A stretch of DNA of 64,000 nucleotides, taken from positions 2,176,001 to 2,240,000 of the forward strand of contig OZ242180.1 of assembly GCA_965205485.1 (NCBI GenBank), in the 5' to 3' direction. This stretch comes from Candidatus Latescibacterota bacterium (GTDB taxonomy: Bacteria > Latescibacterota > UBA2968 > GCA-2709665). Both the position numbers and the translations under genes were made by a program. This document shows, in pieces, positions 19,167 to 28,039 of this stretch. The notes beneath the pieces were generated by a model. The model ran no database searches. It was not told the DNA's origin and saw nothing but the letters and a program-made list of their open reading frames with translations. Every line of letters begins with the position of its first letter. Positions within the stretch are counted from its first letter, which is position 1.

Positions 19167-19949
19167 ATGCCGATGTCACCCGCTGAACTGCGCCTTGTCA
19201 TCAACCGGCACCGTGCGTGGATCGATTCTGAAGGAACGACAGGTGAACGGGCCGATTTGTCCGGCGAAAACCTGAGCCGGGCGGAACTCCGGGATGCCAG
19301 ACTCCGCTGCGCGGATCTGAGCGAAGCCATCCTGAGCGGTGCGCGGATCCAGGACGCCGACCTGCTCGGCGCCAATCTCCAGCGTGCAAGGCTCTACGAA
19401 GCCAATTTCCGGGATGCAAACCTTCAGGACGCAGATCTCTCCGGCGCTCTCCTCCAGCGCGCCCGGTTTCGGGGCGCGAATCTCAGGAACGCCGATCTGG
19501 CGCCGGCAGACCTGGAACTCGCCGACCTGACGAATGCCGATCTTTCCGGCGCCCGGCTGCGCAGGGCCACGCTGCGTGGAGCGAACCTGCGAGACGCCAC
19601 GCTTTGCGGGACCGATCTGCGGAACGCTGATCTCCAGGACGCCAACTTTCTGAGTGCCGACCTGCAGGGAGCCAATCTGAGAGGCGCAAACCTTCAGAGT
19701 GCGAATCTTCAGGGGGCCGACCTCAGGAACGCCGACCTGCAGAGCGCAAGGCTGCAGAATGCGGACCTTGTACAGGCTGACCTCCGGTGCGCCAGTTTCA
19801 TCAAGGCCCGAATGCAGAACGCCGATCTCTATAAGGCCAATATTGTGAATTCGGACCTTCGCGGCGCCGACCTGAGAAATGCCGTCGGCTTTACCGGCAG
19901 ACACATCGGACAAGCGCGTACGGATGAGACGACCAGGATCCGCGACTGA
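19167..19949 (+). CDS. Pentapeptide repeat protein
   Basis: Long run of A(D/N)Lxx repeats after N-terminal HRAWI...GERADL. Confidence 0.92.
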   Translation: MPMSPAELRLVINRHRAWIDSEGTTGERADLSGENLSRAELRDARLRCADLSEAILSGARIQDADLLGANLQRARLYEANFRDANLQDADLSGALLQRARFRGANLRNADLAPADLELADLTNADLSGARLRRATLRGANLRDATLCGTDLRNADLQDANFLSADLQGANLRGANLQSANLQGADLRNADLQSARLQNADLVQADLRCASFIKARMQNADLYKANIVNSDLRGADLRNAVGFTGRHIGQARTDETTRIRD

Positions 19950-19972
19950 CGTCTGATTTTACAGGTTCAGAA

Positions 19973-20947
19973 TTAATGAAGTTGCCGGGGACCGGTCTGT
20001 CCGGCCACTTCCGCCTGTGTGCGGAGAATTGGCGGCGGCAGGCACGCCAGATGTACGATCCGGCTTGTCGCGGGGTGGGTGAAGTGGAGTTCCTGGGCGT
20101 GAAGGTGGTATCCGATGTCTCCAGGCAGCGGCGCCCGGCCTCCAGCGGTTGGAACCGCCGGAAGGCCGCCGGAGCGATAAAGGGGGTCGTCAATCAGCGG
20201 GTGACCGGCCGCGGCAAGATGAATCCGGATCTGGTGGGCGCGGCCGGTGACGAGATTGACACGGATCAGGCTCCGATTGCGGTCCAGGTTGCGGTTGAGG
20301 ACCCGGCATTCTGTCCTGGCGGGTTTTCCCCCGCTCGTCGCCGCGTACAGGTATCCGGTCGGGGCAAAGGGAATCCGCCCGATGGGTACATCCACCGCAA
20401 ACCGGTCGGGCATGTCCGTACCGGCGACGAGCGCGCGGTAGATTTTGCATACACGGCGGTTTCGGAATTCCTCTGAAAGGACTCGTCTTGCCAACTCGGT
20501 ACGGGCGAACAGAACCAGGCCCGATGTTCCCCGTCCGAGGCGATGGAGTGGCGCGGGGCCCGGGGTTTCCCGGTATTTTTCGCGGATGCAGGCGAGAAGG
20601 GTATTCCGAAGGTGATGGCCGCCGGGCAGCACGGGGAGGCCGGCGGGTTTGGCTACGGCAATAATGTGTTCGTCTTCGTAGAGCAGCGCGAACGAACGAG
20701 GGGTATCCGGTTCCCGCCACGGCCTGCGGCGGTAGGTGAGCCGCTGTCCCGCGAGAAGCCGGGTTTCTGGCGTGGTCGGCCTGTCATCCAGCCGCACATC
20801 GCCGGACACGATACGATTGCGCCAGGCTTCCCGCGACGAGTGCGGATAACGCCGGAGATAGAACTGAAGAACGGTTTCCCCCGCAGCGTCGTGCTGGATA
20901 CGGTTCCTGTAGGTCCAACCCTGATTTGTCGGCGTGTTTTCGCACAT
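19973..20947 (-). CDS. RluA-family pseudouridine synthase homologue (HRLG variant)
   Basis: S4-like N-terminus, LYEDEHIIAVAKPAGLP, HRLGRGTSGL, TGRAHQIRIH, LHA. Confidence 0.9.
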   Translation of the reverse strand: MCENTPTNQGWTYRNRIQHDAAGETVLQFYLRRYPHSSREAWRNRIVSGDVRLDDRPTTPETRLLAGQRLTYRRRPWREPDTPRSFALLYEDEHIIAVAKPAGLPVLPGGHHLRNTLLACIREKYRETPGPAPLHRLGRGTSGLVLFARTELARRVLSEEFRNRRVCKIYRALVAGTDMPDRFAVDVPIGRIPFAPTGYLYAATSGGKPARTECRVLNRNLDRNRSLIRVNLVTGRAHQIRIHLAAAGHPLIDDPLYRSGGLPAVPTAGGRAPLPGDIGYHLHAQELHFTHPATSRIVHLACLPPPILRTQAEVAGQTGPRQLH

Positions 20948-21172
20948 ATTCGTGAAATATAACGGTGTTAAGGGGTCCGTGCTATTTCAATTCGGCCCGT
21001 GGTGTTCGCCCGCGGGCGGTTCCTGTCGTCTCACGGACGACAACACCGGGGTGTACTGTAACATACGACGCGGCGACTGCGGGTTCACGGACCGGGTGAG
21101 GTCTCGACTGATTCGTCTCAAGTTTATGGTATTGATGCAGATAGACTATTATCACCGCTTGCAGGCAAGGTA

Positions 21173-21187
21173 TGGCACAGCAATTGC
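21173..21187 (+). promoter_or_regulatory. Putative sigma-54 -24/-12 promoter
   Basis: TGGCAC-AGCAA-TTGC, 18 nt upstream of the ATG at 21206. Confidence 0.65.
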
Positions 21188-21205
21188 GGAACAGATTTCG
21201 ATGGA

Positions 21206-22138
21206 ATGGGATTTGTCCCGGAAAACGCGCCGCGTCGGATCGGCATTGCCCTCAAGGAGCGGAGACCGCGGGTTGCGGCAGGCCGATGCGCAAGGCCTGG
21301 CCGCGCGGCGAGGTGCGGTCTCCTCAGGGTGCGGATCGGACTCGCCGCCTGCTGCGGGCTCCTGTACGTTTTCGCGATCGCGTCCCGAACTGACGCCGCA
21401 TTCGAGTTTCGGGCGGTGGGTGCCCGGCCCGGCGGGATGGGAGACACGTTCGCGGGTTGGGTGGAAGGCGTCGAAGGCGTCTTCTGGAATGCGGGCGCGG
21501 TAGCCTGGGGCAAGGGCGTCAGTATCACGGGGGGGTACGAGCGTCCGTTCGGCATGGCGGTGCTGGATGCCCATGCGATCGGGGCTGTCGCATCTACCGG
21601 CCGCGTCGCCGTGGGCCTGAGTTATCTGGAGTACGGATTCAGCCTGTACCGTGAGCGGACCGGCGGGCTGACGATCGGTCTCCGGGTTGTATCCCGGCTG
21701 GGTCTCGGGGTGAGGATCCGGCGCATGCAACTTTCCGTTGCCGGCGCCGACAGCCGCGCGTGGACGGCGTTCGATCTGGGCGCCAGGATAGTGCTCAGCC
21801 CAAGGATTACACTTGGGCTTGCGGCGTGGAATGCAGGCGGGCAGTCGGTGGACGTATTGGGTCAGGGTGGAATGGCAGGCGTGGCGTTTGAGGCGGTACG
21901 TAACGTGGCGCTGCTCGTGGACGTTCGCAAGGAGGCCGGCCGTCCCACGGGGGTGAGTGCGGGCCTGGAATACAGACCCGCCCGCCGGGTTGTGCTTCGG
22001 ATGGGCGCCGGGGGCGGGGCCGAGCGATTGTGCGTGGGGGCGGGTGCGCTTCACCGGGGCCTGCGGATCGACTACGCGGCGCTGCACCATACCGTGCTGG
22101 GGCTGACACACCGGGTCTCCCTGACGATTGGACGTTGA
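21206..22138 (+). CDS. Outer-membrane beta-barrel protein (PorV/PorQ/FadL-like)
   Basis: Signal-like segment ending TDA|AFE, GARPGGMG motif, alternating beta strands, C-terminal THRVSLT; start uncertain. Confidence 0.65.
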   Translation: MGFVPENAPRRIGIALKERRPRVAAGRCARPGRAARCGLLRVRIGLAACCGLLYVFAIASRTDAAFEFRAVGARPGGMGDTFAGWVEGVEGVFWNAGAVAWGKGVSITGGYERPFGMAVLDAHAIGAVASTGRVAVGLSYLEYGFSLYRERTGGLTIGLRVVSRLGLGVRIRRMQLSVAGADSRAWTAFDLGARIVLSPRITLGLAAWNAGGQSVDVLGQGGMAGVAFEAVRNVALLVDVRKEAGRPTGVSAGLEYRPARRVVLRMGAGGGAERLCVGAGALHRGLRIDYAALHHTVLGLTHRVSLTIGR

Positions 22139-22151
22139 ACGGTGCGCGATC

Positions 22152-22180
22152 TTGACACTGGGAGGATGATGTCCTATTTT
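22152..22180 (+). promoter_or_regulatory. sigma70-like promoter
   Basis: TTGACA-17-TATTTT upstream of the PASTA gene and rpe. Confidence 0.55.
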
Positions 22181-22260
22181 TGAATCTGACACTGCCCGGA
22201 GGTCTCAGACCCCGGTAATGTGTTCGTAATCCGGTTCAGAAAAAGGCGGAAAAAAGACGG

Positions 22261-22995
22261 ATGGTCAAGAGGTTGATACGAGAGGCGGCGCTGTTCGCGG
22301 GTTGCGCGGTTTTCACCGGTATCGTGGGGCTGATCCTGCTCGATCGATTCATCATGCCGCGGCTGGTCCGGGCCGGCCAGCGTGTTGAGGTCCCCGATAT
22401 TGTGAATCTGACACCGGAAGACGCCGGCCGTGCGCTGTCCCGGCGGGGGCTGAGGTTGAAGTTGCAGCCCGCGCGATGGGACACATCCGTTGCCGAAGGC
22501 AGACTGGTACAACAGAATCCGCTTGCGAATTCGCACGTGAAGATAAACAGGACGGTCTACGCGGTGCCGAGTCGCGGGGTCCGGCTCTTCGAGGTGCCCG
22601 ATCTCAGGGAGAAATCCCTTCGCCAGGCCCAGCTGTGGATTGCACAGGCGGGCCTGGCCATGGGGGATACGCTTGAAGACGCGTCCGATATCGTCAAGGA
22701 GGGGTTGATCATCAGCCAGGACCCGCCTGCCGGACAAAAGGTACAAAGCGGAACACCAATCTCGGTTACGTTAAGCAACGGTCCTCCCGGAGAGATGGTC
22801 CCTATGCCGAATCTGGTTGGGAAGCCGCTTGAAACCGCCCGCGCCGAGCTGGCGGAAGCAGGGCTCCAGGTACGGGACATCCGGTATGAATTCAGCACCC
22901 AGCATCTGTTGAACGTGGTGATCCGGCATGTGCCCGAGTCGGGTGAAGAAGTGAAACAGGGCGCGCGGGTGCGGCTGGTGGTGAGCAAATTGTAA
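22261..22995 (+). CDS. Membrane-anchored PASTA domain protein (3 PASTA)
   Basis: N-terminal TM, then VPDIVNL, VPDLREK, MPNLVGK repeats with QxP motifs. Confidence 0.9.
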   Translation: MVKRLIREAALFAGCAVFTGIVGLILLDRFIMPRLVRAGQRVEVPDIVNLTPEDAGRALSRRGLRLKLQPARWDTSVAEGRLVQQNPLANSHVKINRTVYAVPSRGVRLFEVPDLREKSLRQAQLWIAQAGLAMGDTLEDASDIVKEGLIISQDPPAGQKVQSGTPISVTLSNGPPGEMVPMPNLVGKPLETARAELAEAGLQVRDIRYEFSTQHLLNVVIRHVPESGEEVKQGARVRLVVSKL

Positions 22996-23076
22996 CCGGT
23001 GGTTGCCGCCGCGCATCGGTTTCCGATTGAAGCCGCGCCCTTCCGAACCCCCAGCCGGAAATTTGGAGGTTTTTTT

Positions 23077-23742
23077 ATGATCAAAATCGCCCCGTCTTTC
23101 CTGTCAGCGGATTTCGTCGTACTCGAACGCGAGATTCGGGCGGTGGAAGCAGCCGGCGCGGACTATATTCACCTGGACGTGATGGACGGGCATTTTGTGC
23201 CGAATATCACATTCGGTCCGATGGTTGTGGAAGCCATAAGTAAAACGACGGCGCTGACCCTGGACGTGCATCTCATGATTTCCGATCCGGGCAAGTACCT
23301 GAGAGCGTTCGCGGACAGCGGCGCCGACATCTGTACCATACACGTTGAGGCCGGCGGGGACTTGCGCGCACTTCTGGTTGAAATCCGGAAGTTGGGAATG
23401 CGGGCAGGCGCCACTGCGAAGCCCGCAACACCGGCGGAGGCGCTCTATCCGCTGTTGCCGTATCTGGATCTGGCGCTTGTGATGTCGGTGGAGCCCGGAT
23501 TCGGCGGCCAGGCGTTTATGCCCGAGTCACTGGAAACCGTGCGGAGATTGCGGGCGGAGGTCATGCGCCAGGGTGTGAATGCGGAAATAGAAATCGACGG
23601 GGGCATCGGATTGGAAAACGCCGGGCTGGCGGTCGCGGCGGGAGCGGAAGTGCTGGTCGCCGGTTCGGCCGCGTTTCGTGATGGCAAGGTGGTTGAGAAC
23701 GTGGCTGCGCTTCGCCGCGCGGGACTCGCGGGACTGAGGTAG
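23077..23742 (+). CDS. rpe: Ribulose-phosphate 3-epimerase
   Basis: IAPSFLSADF, HLDVMDGHFVPNITFG, MSVEPGFGGQ, DGG, VAGSA. Confidence 0.97.
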   Translation: MIKIAPSFLSADFVVLEREIRAVEAAGADYIHLDVMDGHFVPNITFGPMVVEAISKTTALTLDVHLMISDPGKYLRAFADSGADICTIHVEAGGDLRALLVEIRKLGMRAGATAKPATPAEALYPLLPYLDLALVMSVEPGFGGQAFMPESLETVRRLRAEVMRQGVNAEIEIDGGIGLENAGLAVAAGAEVLVAGSAAFRDGKVVENVAALRRAGLAGLR

Positions 23743-23901
23743 CCAGGGGACCGGGCCCAACAACGTCAGAACCCGGTGGTTCTGAAGCGAGGGACGGTCG
23801 GAGAGGCGTCCGATTCTGGAGTTTTTTGTTGCGTTAATCGCTGTCGTCCCGTATTTTTACAGGTCTGTTTCCCTTTTCAGTATTAACATCAGGTACGCCC
23901 C

Positions 23902-25230
23902 ATGTTCGACCACCTAACGGAAAAGCTGGAAGGGGTTTTCAAAAGACTCCGCGGTCGCGGCAGGTTGGCCGAAGCCAATATCGATGAAGCGCTCAGAGAC
24001 GTGCGTCGCGCGCTTCTGGAGGCGGATGTCAACTACAAGGTGGCGAGGGCGTTCGTCGCCCGTGTCAGGGAGCGGGCGGTCGGACAGGACGTGCTGCGAA
24101 GCATTACCCCCGGGCAGCAGGTCGTCAAGGTCGTGCATGACGAATTGATTCACCTCCTTGGAGACGAGCACCAGGAGTTGGATCTGACCGGACCGCCGCC
24201 AAATATCGTCATGGTCGTCGGTCTGCAGGGATCGGGCAAGACAACGCTATGCGCCAAGCTTGCGCGGCTCCTTAATGGGCGGGGCCGCACGCCTCTCCTT
24301 GTGGCGGCGGATATCTACCGTCCTGCCGCCATCGACCAGCTATGCGTTCTGGGCGCGTCTATAGACGTCCCGGTCCACCGGGCGGCGGAGGGGACCGATC
24401 CGGCGTTGATTTGCGCCGAGGCGGTGGACCTCGCCCGGGCGGACGGGATGGACCCCGTCATTCTGGATACGGCCGGCCGGCTTCACGTTGATGATGCCCG
24501 GATGGAGGAATTGAAAAGGATACGCGAAGCGGTTTCGCCGGGTGAGATTCTGTTCGTCGCGGACGGGATGACGGGTCAGGATGCGGTTTCGGCGGCGACG
24601 GCGTTCCACGAACAGCTCAACTTTACCGGAATCGTCCTGACGCGCCTCGACAGCGATACGCGCGGCGGCGCGGCGCTGTCCATCCGCGAGGTCACGGGTG
24701 TGCCCATCAAGTATGCGGGCGTCAGCGAGAAGGTGGATGGTATAGAGCCGTTTCATCCGGACCGGATGGCCTCCCGGATTCTGGGTATGGGCGACGTCGT
24801 GACGCTGGTGGAGCGTGCGCAGGATGCGGTGGACCTCCAGCAGGCGAAGAAGCTGGAGAAGAAGCTGCGAAGCGCCGCGTTTACGTTCGATGATTTTCTG
24901 CAGCAGTTGGACCAGGTTCGCAGGATGGGGCCTTTGAGCCAGTTGATGGACATGATCCCCGGGGCCGTAAAGCAATTGAAGGGACTGCAGGTGGATGACG
25001 ATGCGTTCGTGCATACCGAAGCGATCATCCTGTCAATGACACTGCAGGAACGGGCCAATCCTCAGATCCTGAACGGCAGCAGACGCCGCCGTATCGCGAA
25101 TGGCAGCGGATGTAGCATCCAGGAAGTCAACCGGCTGATAAAACAGTTCGGAATGATGCGAAAGATGATGAAACGGATGTCGAGGATGGAGAAGCAGGGC
25201 CGCGACGCGGGTGTACCGTTTTTGAGCTGA
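23902..25230 (+). CDS. ffh: Signal recognition particle protein
   Basis: GLQGSGKTT, DTAGR, RGGAALS, FHPDRMASRILGMGD, M domain SRRRRIANGSG. Confidence 0.97.
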   Translation: MFDHLTEKLEGVFKRLRGRGRLAEANIDEALRDVRRALLEADVNYKVARAFVARVRERAVGQDVLRSITPGQQVVKVVHDELIHLLGDEHQELDLTGPPPNIVMVVGLQGSGKTTLCAKLARLLNGRGRTPLLVAADIYRPAAIDQLCVLGASIDVPVHRAAEGTDPALICAEAVDLARADGMDPVILDTAGRLHVDDARMEELKRIREAVSPGEILFVADGMTGQDAVSAATAFHEQLNFTGIVLTRLDSDTRGGAALSIREVTGVPIKYAGVSEKVDGIEPFHPDRMASRILGMGDVVTLVERAQDAVDLQQAKKLEKKLRSAAFTFDDFLQQLDQVRRMGPLSQLMDMIPGAVKQLKGLQVDDDAFVHTEAIILSMTLQERANPQILNGSRRRRIANGSGCSIQEVNRLIKQFGMMRKMMKRMSRMEKQGRDAGVPFLS

Positions 25231-25298
25231 TTCGAAATCTGTAATCGGTAGAGCAACGGAAGGCTGACAGCTTCTTTTCAGATTAGGAGGATGGGTTT

Positions 25299-25604
25299 TT
25301 GGTAAAGATTCGATTGACCCGAAAGGGCGCCAGGAATGCGCCGTTCTACCGGGTTGTGGTCGCGGACAGCCGGTCACCTCGGGACGGTCGGTTCATTGAG
25401 AGCCTCGGGTACTACGATCCAACAATGAAACCGCAGCTGGTGCGGCTGAACGCGGAGCGGGCGCGCCACTGGCTGGATCAGGGCGCGGAGCCGTCAGGAA
25501 CTGTGAAGAGTCTGCTTCGGCAACAGGGTATTCTGAGCCAGGACGACATGCCCGGCGCCGATACGGACGAAACGGACGAAACCGACGCTGAAGCCGGGGA
25601 ATAG
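25299..25604 (+). CDS. rpsP: 30S ribosomal protein S16
   Basis: VKIRLTR...[23 protein letters not shown] start with AGGAGG SD. Confidence 0.97.
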   Translation: MVKIRLTRKGARNAPFYRVVVADSRSPRDGRFIESLGYYDPTMKPQLVRLNAERARHWLDQGAEPSGTVKSLLRQQGILSQDDMPGADTDETDETDAEAGE

Positions 25605-25607
25605 CCC

Positions 25608-26141
25608 TTGCCCCGAGATCCGGTCCAAAGGGAACAATACGTCGCCATCGGCAGGGTCCTGAAACCCAGGGGGCTCGGCGGCGAGGCGTTTCTGCATCCG
25701 CTCACGGATTTTCCTGAACGGTTTCAGGTCCTCAAGCGCGTGCTTGTCCAAAGGCCCGACGGGAACCGGACAACACTCGGGATCGACCGGGTTCGGAACT
25801 GCGGACGGCGGATGGCCGTCAAATTTCTCGATATCGATACGCCCGACGCGGTTGCGCCGTTGCGAGGGAGCGAGTTGCTGGTTCCTGCCGACGACGTGTA
25901 TCCGCTTCCTGAAGGTACGTTCTATGTGTTCCAAATCGTGGGATTGAAGGTCAAGACGGAAGAAGGCCTGGAAGTCGGACGCGTGGTCGATGTATTGTCC
26001 CATCCCGGGAATGACCTTTTCGTTGTCCAAAGGGAGGATGGGGGCGAGGCGTTGATACCCGCTGCGAAGGACCTGGTTCGGATTGACCTGGCGGGCGGGC
26101 GTCTGGTTGTGAAGAACGTGGACGGACTTCTCGATCGATAG
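25608..26141 (+). CDS. rimM: Ribosome maturation factor RimM
   Basis: IGRVLKPRGLGGE, FYVFQIVGL, LIPA; synteny rpsP-rimM-trmD. Confidence 0.93.
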   Translation: MPRDPVQREQYVAIGRVLKPRGLGGEAFLHPLTDFPERFQVLKRVLVQRPDGNRTTLGIDRVRNCGRRMAVKFLDIDTPDAVAPLRGSELLVPADDVYPLPEGTFYVFQIVGLKVKTEEGLEVGRVVDVLSHPGNDLFVVQREDGGEALIPAAKDLVRIDLAGGRLVVKNVDGLLDR

Positions 26142-26229
26142 ACGGGATGAATCGGCGGACGAACGGTGAAATATTCCCGGGACGGGACACGATTCCTCGT
26201 TTCCGGAGCGAGTTTATCAGCGGACTGCC

Positions 26230-26967
26230 GTGCATATCGACTTTCTCACCATATTCCCCGACCTGATCCGGGAAGCGGTTGCATACGGTATTTCAGGGCG
26301 TGCGATCCGTGCCGGTCTGGTCGACGTCATCGCGCACGATTTGCGGGATTTTACGGATGACGTTCACCGCACGGTGGACGATACCCCGTACGGCGGCGGT
26401 GCGGGGATGGTATTCAAACCGGAACCGGTCGCCCGGGTACTGGCCGCCATTCAAGACGTCGGACGGTCGCTCGACCACGTGATTTTCCTGACGCCAGATG
26501 GCAAGCGGCTGGATCAGAGGACGGTGAACCGGCTTTCCATCGCGCCCGGTCTGGTGTTATTGTGCGGACGGTACCGCGGTATTGACGAACGCATTCGCGA
26601 GTTATACGTTACCGAAGAGATTTCGGTTGGCGATTACGTGTTGAGTGGCGGCGAATTGCCCGCGCTGGTGTTGATGGATGCCGTTGTGCGGCTGATCCCC
26701 GGGGCGATGGGAGACGCGGAGTCCGCCCTGGAGGATTCGTTTCAGAACGGGCTTCTGGATTGTCCGTGGTATACCAGGCCCAGAGAGTTCCAGGGCTTGC
26801 GGGTTCCCGACGTTCTGTTGAGCGGAGACCACCAGCGGATCGCAGGTTGGCGACGCGACGCGGCCCTGCAACGGACCCGGAAACGGCGGCCGGATCTCTA
26901 CGAAAGAATCGAAGCCGGCGACAAGGCCGGCTCGGAAAACGAGGATGCAGGCGGGCACGTAGAATAG
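26230..26967 (+). CDS. trmD: tRNA (guanine-N1)-methyltransferase
   Basis: VDDTPYGGGAGM, LCGRYRGIDER, SVGDYVLSGGE, YTRP. Confidence 0.97.
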   Translation: MHIDFLTIFPDLIREAVAYGISGRAIRAGLVDVIAHDLRDFTDDVHRTVDDTPYGGGAGMVFKPEPVARVLAAIQDVGRSLDHVIFLTPDGKRLDQRTVNRLSIAPGLVLLCGRYRGIDERIRELYVTEEISVGDYVLSGGELPALVLMDAVVRLIPGAMGDAESALEDSFQNGLLDCPWYTRPREFQGLRVPDVLLSGDHQRIAGWRRDAALQRTRKRRPDLYERIEAGDKAGSENEDAGGHVE

Positions 26968-27062
26968 TCGCCGCCGGTCGATGGATATTTTCCGCGCATT
27001 GATGATGAATCAGGGCGACGGATCGTGCCCTGGGAACCTTTCATCGTTTCAGGAGTGTTGCC

Positions 27063-27416
27063 ATGGATACATTGTTGAAATCCTTGACGGAGGAACAAAT
27101 CAAACCCGACCTGCCGGCATTCGGCGCCGGAGACACGGTGCGGGTGCACGTACGCGTGGTCGAAGGCGAGAAGGTGCGTACGCAGATGTTCGAAGGCGTG
27201 GTCATTCAGCGCAAGGGCCACGGGATCCATGAGACCTTCACGGTACGTAAGATGGTGGTGGGCGGCGTGGGAGTCGAGCGGATCTTTCCGATCCACTCAC
27301 CGAGGGTGGCGAAAGTTGAACTGATTCGCAGCGGAAAGGTGCGGAGGACGCGTATTACCTATCTGCGCGAACTGCAGGGCAGAGCCGCGAGGATTGCGGA
27401 AAAAAGGAACGCGTAA
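27063..27416 (+). CDS. rplS: 50S ribosomal protein L19
   Basis: GDTVRVH, FEGVVI, TFTVRK, GVERIFP, KVRR. Confidence 0.97.
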   Translation: MDTLLKSLTEEQIKPDLPAFGAGDTVRVHVRVVEGEKVRTQMFEGVVIQRKGHGIHETFTVRKMVVGGVGVERIFPIHSPRVAKVELIRSGKVRRTRITYLRELQGRAARIAEKRNA

Positions 27417-27437
27417 TCGAGGAAATCGGATAACCGG

Positions 27438-27749
27438 ATGGCGACACGCAATACAGGAAGACGCCCCCGGGGACGCGCGGGGCGCAGAAGTCAGGCACAA
27501 CGAAGGGAACCTGCCCGGAGTCCGCTGCCCTATTCCCGAAGGAACTGGACCTTCCTTGGCGCTGGCCTGGGCACGATCCTGATCGGCTATCTGTGCCTGT
27601 CCCAACCGCCGGTCGACGGTTTCATGTCGCTTACGCTGGCGCCGGTTCTTCTGGTCATCGGGTACTGCGTGCTGATTCCCATCGGCCTGCTGCTGGGCGA
27701 ATCGAAAAAACCGACCGACGACGCATCCGACAAGTCCGTGGGCGGTTAG
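27438..27749 (+). CDS. Small two-TM membrane protein (DUF3098-like)
   Basis: NWTFLGAGLGTILIGYLCL...SLTLAPVLLVIGY; stop TAG lies inside the tRNA. Confidence 0.7.
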   Translation: MATRNTGRRPRGRAGRRSQAQRREPARSPLPYSRRNWTFLGAGLGTILIGYLCLSQPPVDGFMSLTLAPVLLVIGYCVLIPIGLLLGESKKPTDDASDKSVGG

Positions 27750-27816
27750 CTCAGCTGGTTAGAGCGCCTGCCTTACAAGCAGGAGGTCACTGGTTCGAAT
27801 CCAGTATCGCCCACCA
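27740..27816 (+). tRNA. tRNA-Val (anticodon TAC)
   Basis: GGGCGGTTAGCTCAGCTGGTTAGAGCG-CCTGC-CTTACAA-GCAGG-AGGTCACTGGTTCGAATCCAGTATCGCCCA-CCA; cloverleaf with encoded CCA. Confidence 0.97.
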
Positions 27817-27827
27817 TTTAAAAACAA

Positions 27828-27862
27828 GGGTTTATGTCGTTTTGACATAAACCCATTCTTGT
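27828..27862 (+). terminator. Intrinsic terminator after tRNA-Val
   Basis: GGGTTTATGTC-gtttt-GACATAAACCC followed by ATTCTTGT. Confidence 0.8.
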
Positions 27863-27864
27863 TG

Positions 27865-28036
27865 GTGCGCCAGGTATGGCGCGAAACGCCGGTGAGCCGG
27901 AAAGTAACGGGAGGGTGTGAAGAAGGAGTCGGCGCTTGGAAACCGGCATGGGAAACTGAGCCGGAAAGTAACGGGAGGGTGTGAGTCACTCCAGGGGCCG
28001 CGGTGACCGGAACTCTAACCGGAAAAGCGTAGTGCC
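27865..28036 (+). mobile_element. Truncated 5' fragment of a group II (class C-like) intron
   Basis: Begins GTGCGCCAGGTATGGCGCG right after a terminator hairpin; contains GGAGGGTGTGAGTCACTCC resembling the GGTGAAAGTCC domain-I tetraloop stem; no RT ORF or domain V; 3' end approximate. Confidence 0.65.
27893..27984 (+). repeat. Two exact 28-bp direct repeats separated by 36 bp
   Basis: TGAGCCGGAAAGTAACGGGAGGGTGTGA at 27893-27920 and 27957-27984. Confidence 0.95.
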
Positions 28037-28039
28037 GTA

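Noticed and set aside
19176..19913. Repetitive antisense ORF
   Set aside because: Mirror of the pentapeptide-repeat gene
23743..23901. SRP (4.5S) RNA upstream of ffh
   Set aside because: Hairpins are present but the conserved TCAGG...GGAA...AGCAG core is absent
27893..27984. CRISPR mini-array (28-bp repeat, 36-bp spacer)
   Set aside because: Only two repeats, not palindromic, no cas genes or leader; better explained as a duplication in a group II intron remnant
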